DNA from: a virus
Lineage: Duplodnaviria > Caudoviricetes
Strand: one strand, 5' to 3'
Length of the DNA: 26,918 nucleotides
IMG/VR virus record: IMGVR_UViG_3300017766_003106
Span: 1 to 26,918 of that record
Part shown: positions 24,035-26,918 of the stretch, piece by piece
Layout of the letters: each line of letters begins with the position of its first letter
Position numbering within the stretch: position 1 is the first letter of the stretch
The notes under the pieces: generated by a model
Told to the model about the DNA's origin: nothing
Database searches by the model: none
What the model saw: the letters and a program-made list of their open reading frames with translations, nothing else
Program-made: the position numbers and the translations under genes

Positions 24035-24474
24035 CGGTTGTAGTCCTCCTGACTTGTGATAGAGCGGCTGGTTTCCTGCTCCAGCTTCAACGCGGCCCAG
24101 GTGTGCTCGCCTTCCTTGAGCCAGGCCAACACTTGGCGAATCGCGGCGCGGGCTTCTGGCTCCCAGTTGACAGCCTCGTCGTCCCAGCAGGAGGAGTCTT
24201 CGCATCGGATGATGGCGATGGCCACCCGCTCCACCAGCGAACTCCTAATTGGGACTGGATTAGAAGTTGGTTGGGAGTTGGCCGTCTGCTCGGCGAGACG
24301 GCAGTAGCTGGTGCCTTCAGTGCTGGTGACAATGTGCGGGCAGCTTGGGTTGGCAGCCTCTAGGGCCTCGACGCGGGTGCGGAGTTCGAGGAGGCACTGG
24401 TACAGGAGCGCACCCTGGGAGCCCCAGTGCTCGACGCTGGCCCAGGGGTCGGGGGTTGCGGGGGTGCTGGGCAC
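24031..24474 (-). CDS. Hypothetical protein, first gene of the accessory cassette
   Basis: CLLELRTRVEALEA, SLVERVAIAI, EARAAIRQVLAWL. GTG 24474 was chosen because it lies downstream of the predicted promoter; the start is uncertain. Confidence 0.65.
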   Translation of the reverse strand: MPSTPATPDPWASVEHWGSQGALLYQCLLELRTRVEALEAANPSCPHIVTSTEGTSYCRLAEQTANSQPTSNPVPIRSSLVERVAIAIIRCEDSSCWDDEAVNWEPEARAAIRQVLAWLKEGEHTWAALKLEQETSRSITSQEDYNR

Positions 24475-24499
24475 GGGTGAAGCTGGGTCGTACCTAGGT

Positions 24500-24528
24500 A
24501 GGATAGTCCTTGCACCACCTAGTGGCAA
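24500..24528 (-). promoter_or_regulatory. Host sigma70-type promoter TTGCCA-N17-TATCCT driving the small-ORF cassette
   Basis: -35 at 24528-24523 and -10 at 24505-24500, just after the terL stop. Confidence 0.65.
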
Positions 24529-24536
24529 CTGGTGGA

Positions 24537-25889
24537 TTAGTACGTTCGCCACCTGCTGCCGCCCGTGACCCAGCGGCGGAGCGGGGCGAGGGCGGCAATG
24601 GCGTAGCCGGCGGCGTCGACGGGGTGGCTGGGGTCGTCCATGCCGGTGCCACCTTTCTCCGGCTTGCCGTCTTTTCCATACGCTTGTTGCTCCAGCGACT
24701 TCTGGAGGTACTTGCAGCGGTTCGTCACGAAGAGCCGGTCGGACATGATTAGGACGTTCATGCCGTTGACGCGATCCTCGATGGCGGGGTTGCTGAGTTG
24801 CTCTTTGATCTGGAAGCCGCCCTTTTTGAGGAGGCTCAGGTCGCTTTCCTTGGCGTTGGTGGTGGTGCGTTGGCGGGAGGCGGCGTCGGGGATGACCACG
24901 ATGTCTCCACGCTCGTAGTGGCCCGGATAGGCGTCCTTCAGCGTTTGGACGATGGCGGGGGTGTCGCGAACCACGAATTCGTCGACGAAGTGGAAGCTGG
25001 TGCCCCTGCGGACCAGCACTTCGATGAGGCAGTTGCCGACGTTGAGGTCCACGCCGCAGAAGATGCGGTCGTCCGGTAGGACCACCTCGTCGGACCAGTG
25101 CTTGTCGCGGTCGAAGTCGGGGTAGACGCTGGTGTTAGCGAGGTTTGTGAACTCTCCTTCGATGTAGGAGCGGATCAACTGGGGTGGGAAATTGGCGTAG
25201 AGGGAGTCGATGAAGCCTGGGGGGAGGTGGGGGTTGTCGGTGGTTTTGGCTTGGATGAGGCGGCGGTCCTCGGAGTCGTTTTCGATGAAGGTGCGGTACA
25301 TCCACCGGTAGCCTTCAGGCGTCGATGCCACTGCGAGTTGGGGGGCGGTGCCGCCGCGTAAGCGGGCGAGCACCATTTCTGAGGCTTTTTGGGCGATGTC
25401 AGCTGGTGAGGTGTCGATTTCGTCGATGCACGCGAAGCTGAGGTTCTGGCCGCGGATGCGGTTCCACGTTTCGGTGGCGCGGCAGAGGATTGTGCAGGGG
25501 CCGTTGGGGAGGTGGAGGGTGTATTCGGGTTGTGGGGAGACGCGGAAGTCGTGGTGGATCTGGTGGTGTTCGAGGAAGTCGTCGAAACTGCGCATCCACA
25601 CGTCGCGGATCATGATGTGGGTCGGCTCGAAGACCGCGCCAACGGTGCCGGGGTTGTCCATCGCGAGAACAACCGTCTTGGCGCAGAGGGCGTGGGTCTT
25701 TCCCGCGCCGAAGCCGGCGCAGTAGCCGACGATTTTGACGCCGGTTTCGTTGACGAATTGCTGCTGGGCGGGGAGGAGCGTCTCGGTGATCTGGGCGTAG
25801 AGCTCGTCGTAGCTCTTGTCGCAGCGGGTGCTTAATGCGAGGGGTGGCTCCAGGAGCTTGCCGCCGGGGATGACACCGAGTAGCGGCAC
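24537..25889 (-). CDS. terL: Terminase large subunit
   Basis: Walker A AGFGAGKT, Walker B ACIDE, coupling motif STPEG, nuclease motifs GVDLN and SHPVDAAGY. Confidence 0.95.
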   Translation of the reverse strand: MPLLGVIPGGKLLEPPLALSTRCDKSYDELYAQITETLLPAQQQFVNETGVKIVGYCAGFGAGKTHALCAKTVVLAMDNPGTVGAVFEPTHIMIRDVWMRSFDDFLEHHQIHHDFRVSPQPEYTLHLPNGPCTILCRATETWNRIRGQNLSFACIDEIDTSPADIAQKASEMVLARLRGGTAPQLAVASTPEGYRWMYRTFIENDSEDRRLIQAKTTDNPHLPPGFIDSLYANFPPQLIRSYIEGEFTNLANTSVYPDFDRDKHWSDEVVLPDDRIFCGVDLNVGNCLIEVLVRRGTSFHFVDEFVVRDTPAIVQTLKDAYPGHYERGDIVVIPDAASRQRTTTNAKESDLSLLKKGGFQIKEQLSNPAIEDRVNGMNVLIMSDRLFVTNRCKYLQKSLEQQAYGKDGKPEKGGTGMDDPSHPVDAAGYAIAALAPLRRWVTGGSRWRTY

Positions 25890-26232
25890 GTAACTGGTGC
25901 GAATAAGGGCATCCTACCTAGCCAGAACGGCGTGGGAGAGGGGGAGAGGGGTGCCGGGAGGGGGTGGTTTGGGTGGCTGCGTAGATAGCTTATGAGGGGC
26001 TGGAATGTCAAGGACTTGCGGGGTGTGGCGATATGCCTAGAAGTCATTTGGTAGGGGGTAGGGCCCTGGTCTGGCCGGTGTGGGGTGCCCCGCGGCAGGT
26101 GATCAGCCCTTGCGCTGGTGTTGATCTCAGCTGCTGGCCCCTGTAGTGGTGAGCACTAATGGCGCTAAGGGGTGACGCCTTGCGGATATTGCATAGGGTG
26201 CCGGATTAGGTGCTAATGACCACGGCTACGGG

Positions 26233-26261
26233 TTGATAAACCTCCCTAGGTAGCCTAGGCT
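26233..26261 (+). promoter_or_regulatory. Host sigma70-type early promoter TTGATA-N17-TAGGCT
   Basis: -35 at 26233-26238 and -10 at 26256-26261, upstream of the plus-strand small genes. Confidence 0.65.
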
Positions 26262-26380
26262 CAGTGTTGAGAGGCGAGGGAATGCCGGTTTAGCTCACTG
26301 AGCTAAGCGCGACCCCTGCCCTCCCGGCCCTTGCGCCGGTTCCACCCTTAGCCGCGGCCGCTGTTAGCGCCGCTCACACC

Positions 26381-26551
26381 ATGCCCAACCTTTTAGCCGC
26401 CCTTGCCGTGGTGCCCCTCTACGGCCTTCTCACTTTCGGCACCTTTACCGCTCTAGCCGGAATTAGCCGGGAGCTCGATCAGCAGAGTTGCCGCGCCGAG
26501 GCTGCCGCCTCCCTGCTATCCGGTGCTCATTGCCAAACCCGCGGTAACTGA
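26381..26551 (+). CDS. Small hypothetical membrane protein (56 aa)
   Basis: Below the ORF-track cutoff: MPNLLAALAVVPLYGLLTFGTFTALAGISRELDQQSC...; ends 3 nt before the next ATG. Confidence 0.6.
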   Translation: MPNLLAALAVVPLYGLLTFGTFTALAGISRELDQQSCRAEAAASLLSGAHCQTRGN

Positions 26552-26554
26552 GCC

Positions 26555-26887
26555 ATGACCGCAATTGAGCCCGGATCCTGCCCTGCGTGGGGCTTCTCAG
26601 CCACCCTCGAGCTATCGCCAGCTGACCTTACGGAGCTGGAAAACCTTTGCCCTTACGCGTGGGTCGTTGAGACCCGCTATAGCAGCGGCCGCATTGTTGC
26701 CGGTTTCGTGGGCAGCGCTAAGGGCAGGAAACGCTACGGCTACCGCCACGAGCTCAGCGCTTCTGAAAACCACGTAGCAGCGGCTGCCTCCTTTCTACAG
26801 AGTCTCGCCAGCTGCAACGGCGCCTACCACTACCGGCTAGTCGCTAAGGCCAGCACCCTTAACGGTTTCGTTTTTACCTTCCGCTGA
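26555..26887 (+). CDS. Hypothetical early protein
   Basis: 110 aa, tightly packed; VETRY...YRHELSASENHVAAA...GFVF. Confidence 0.7.
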   Translation: MTAIEPGSCPAWGFSATLELSPADLTELENLCPYAWVVETRYSSGRIVAGFVGSAKGRKRYGYRHELSASENHVAAAASFLQSLASCNGAYHYRLVAKASTLNGFVFTFR

Positions 26888-26889
26888 TC

Positions 26890-26918
26890 ATGACAAATAC
26901 CATCACCATCCGGTGCCA
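26890..26918 (+). CDS. Start of the next gene (truncated by the window edge)
   Basis: ATG 2 nt after the previous stop; MTNTITIRC... Confidence 0.4.

Noticed and set aside
25832-26047. 71-aa ORF as terminase small subunit
   Set aside because: Pro/Ser-rich translation of the G-run tract, overlaps terL out of frame, and has no HTH or oligomerisation helices.

Overview
About 27 kb of a high-GC tailed (siphovirus-like) phage or prophage. The SigF/SigB-type sigma factor and the protein families suggest a picocyanobacterial host (inference). Almost the whole virion module reads on the minus strand: terminase large subunit, an inserted cassette of small paralogous ORFs, portal, head morphogenesis protein, scaffold, major capsid, head-tail adaptor, a phage sigma factor lacking region 4, tail tube, tape measure, tail tip proteins, a tail assembly chaperone with an A_AAA_AAG -1 frameshift, and modular fibre genes. 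Early-type small genes start divergently at the right end. The main non-obvious signal is an 11-nt motif, GGMAANYTMG(G), found on the coding strand 2-23 nt upstream of 12 genes (11 structural, plus one HTH gene). It is the likely -10-only promoter of the truncated sigma factor, whose own gene has a host sigma70-type promoter. This gene-by-gene promoter system coincides with a scrambled, partly inverted neck/tail gene order. A second signal is a sigma70-driven, translationally coupled array of two families of small proteins with constant blocks and variable inserts, lying between terL and portal. All product calls come from motif recognition and synteny, not database searches.
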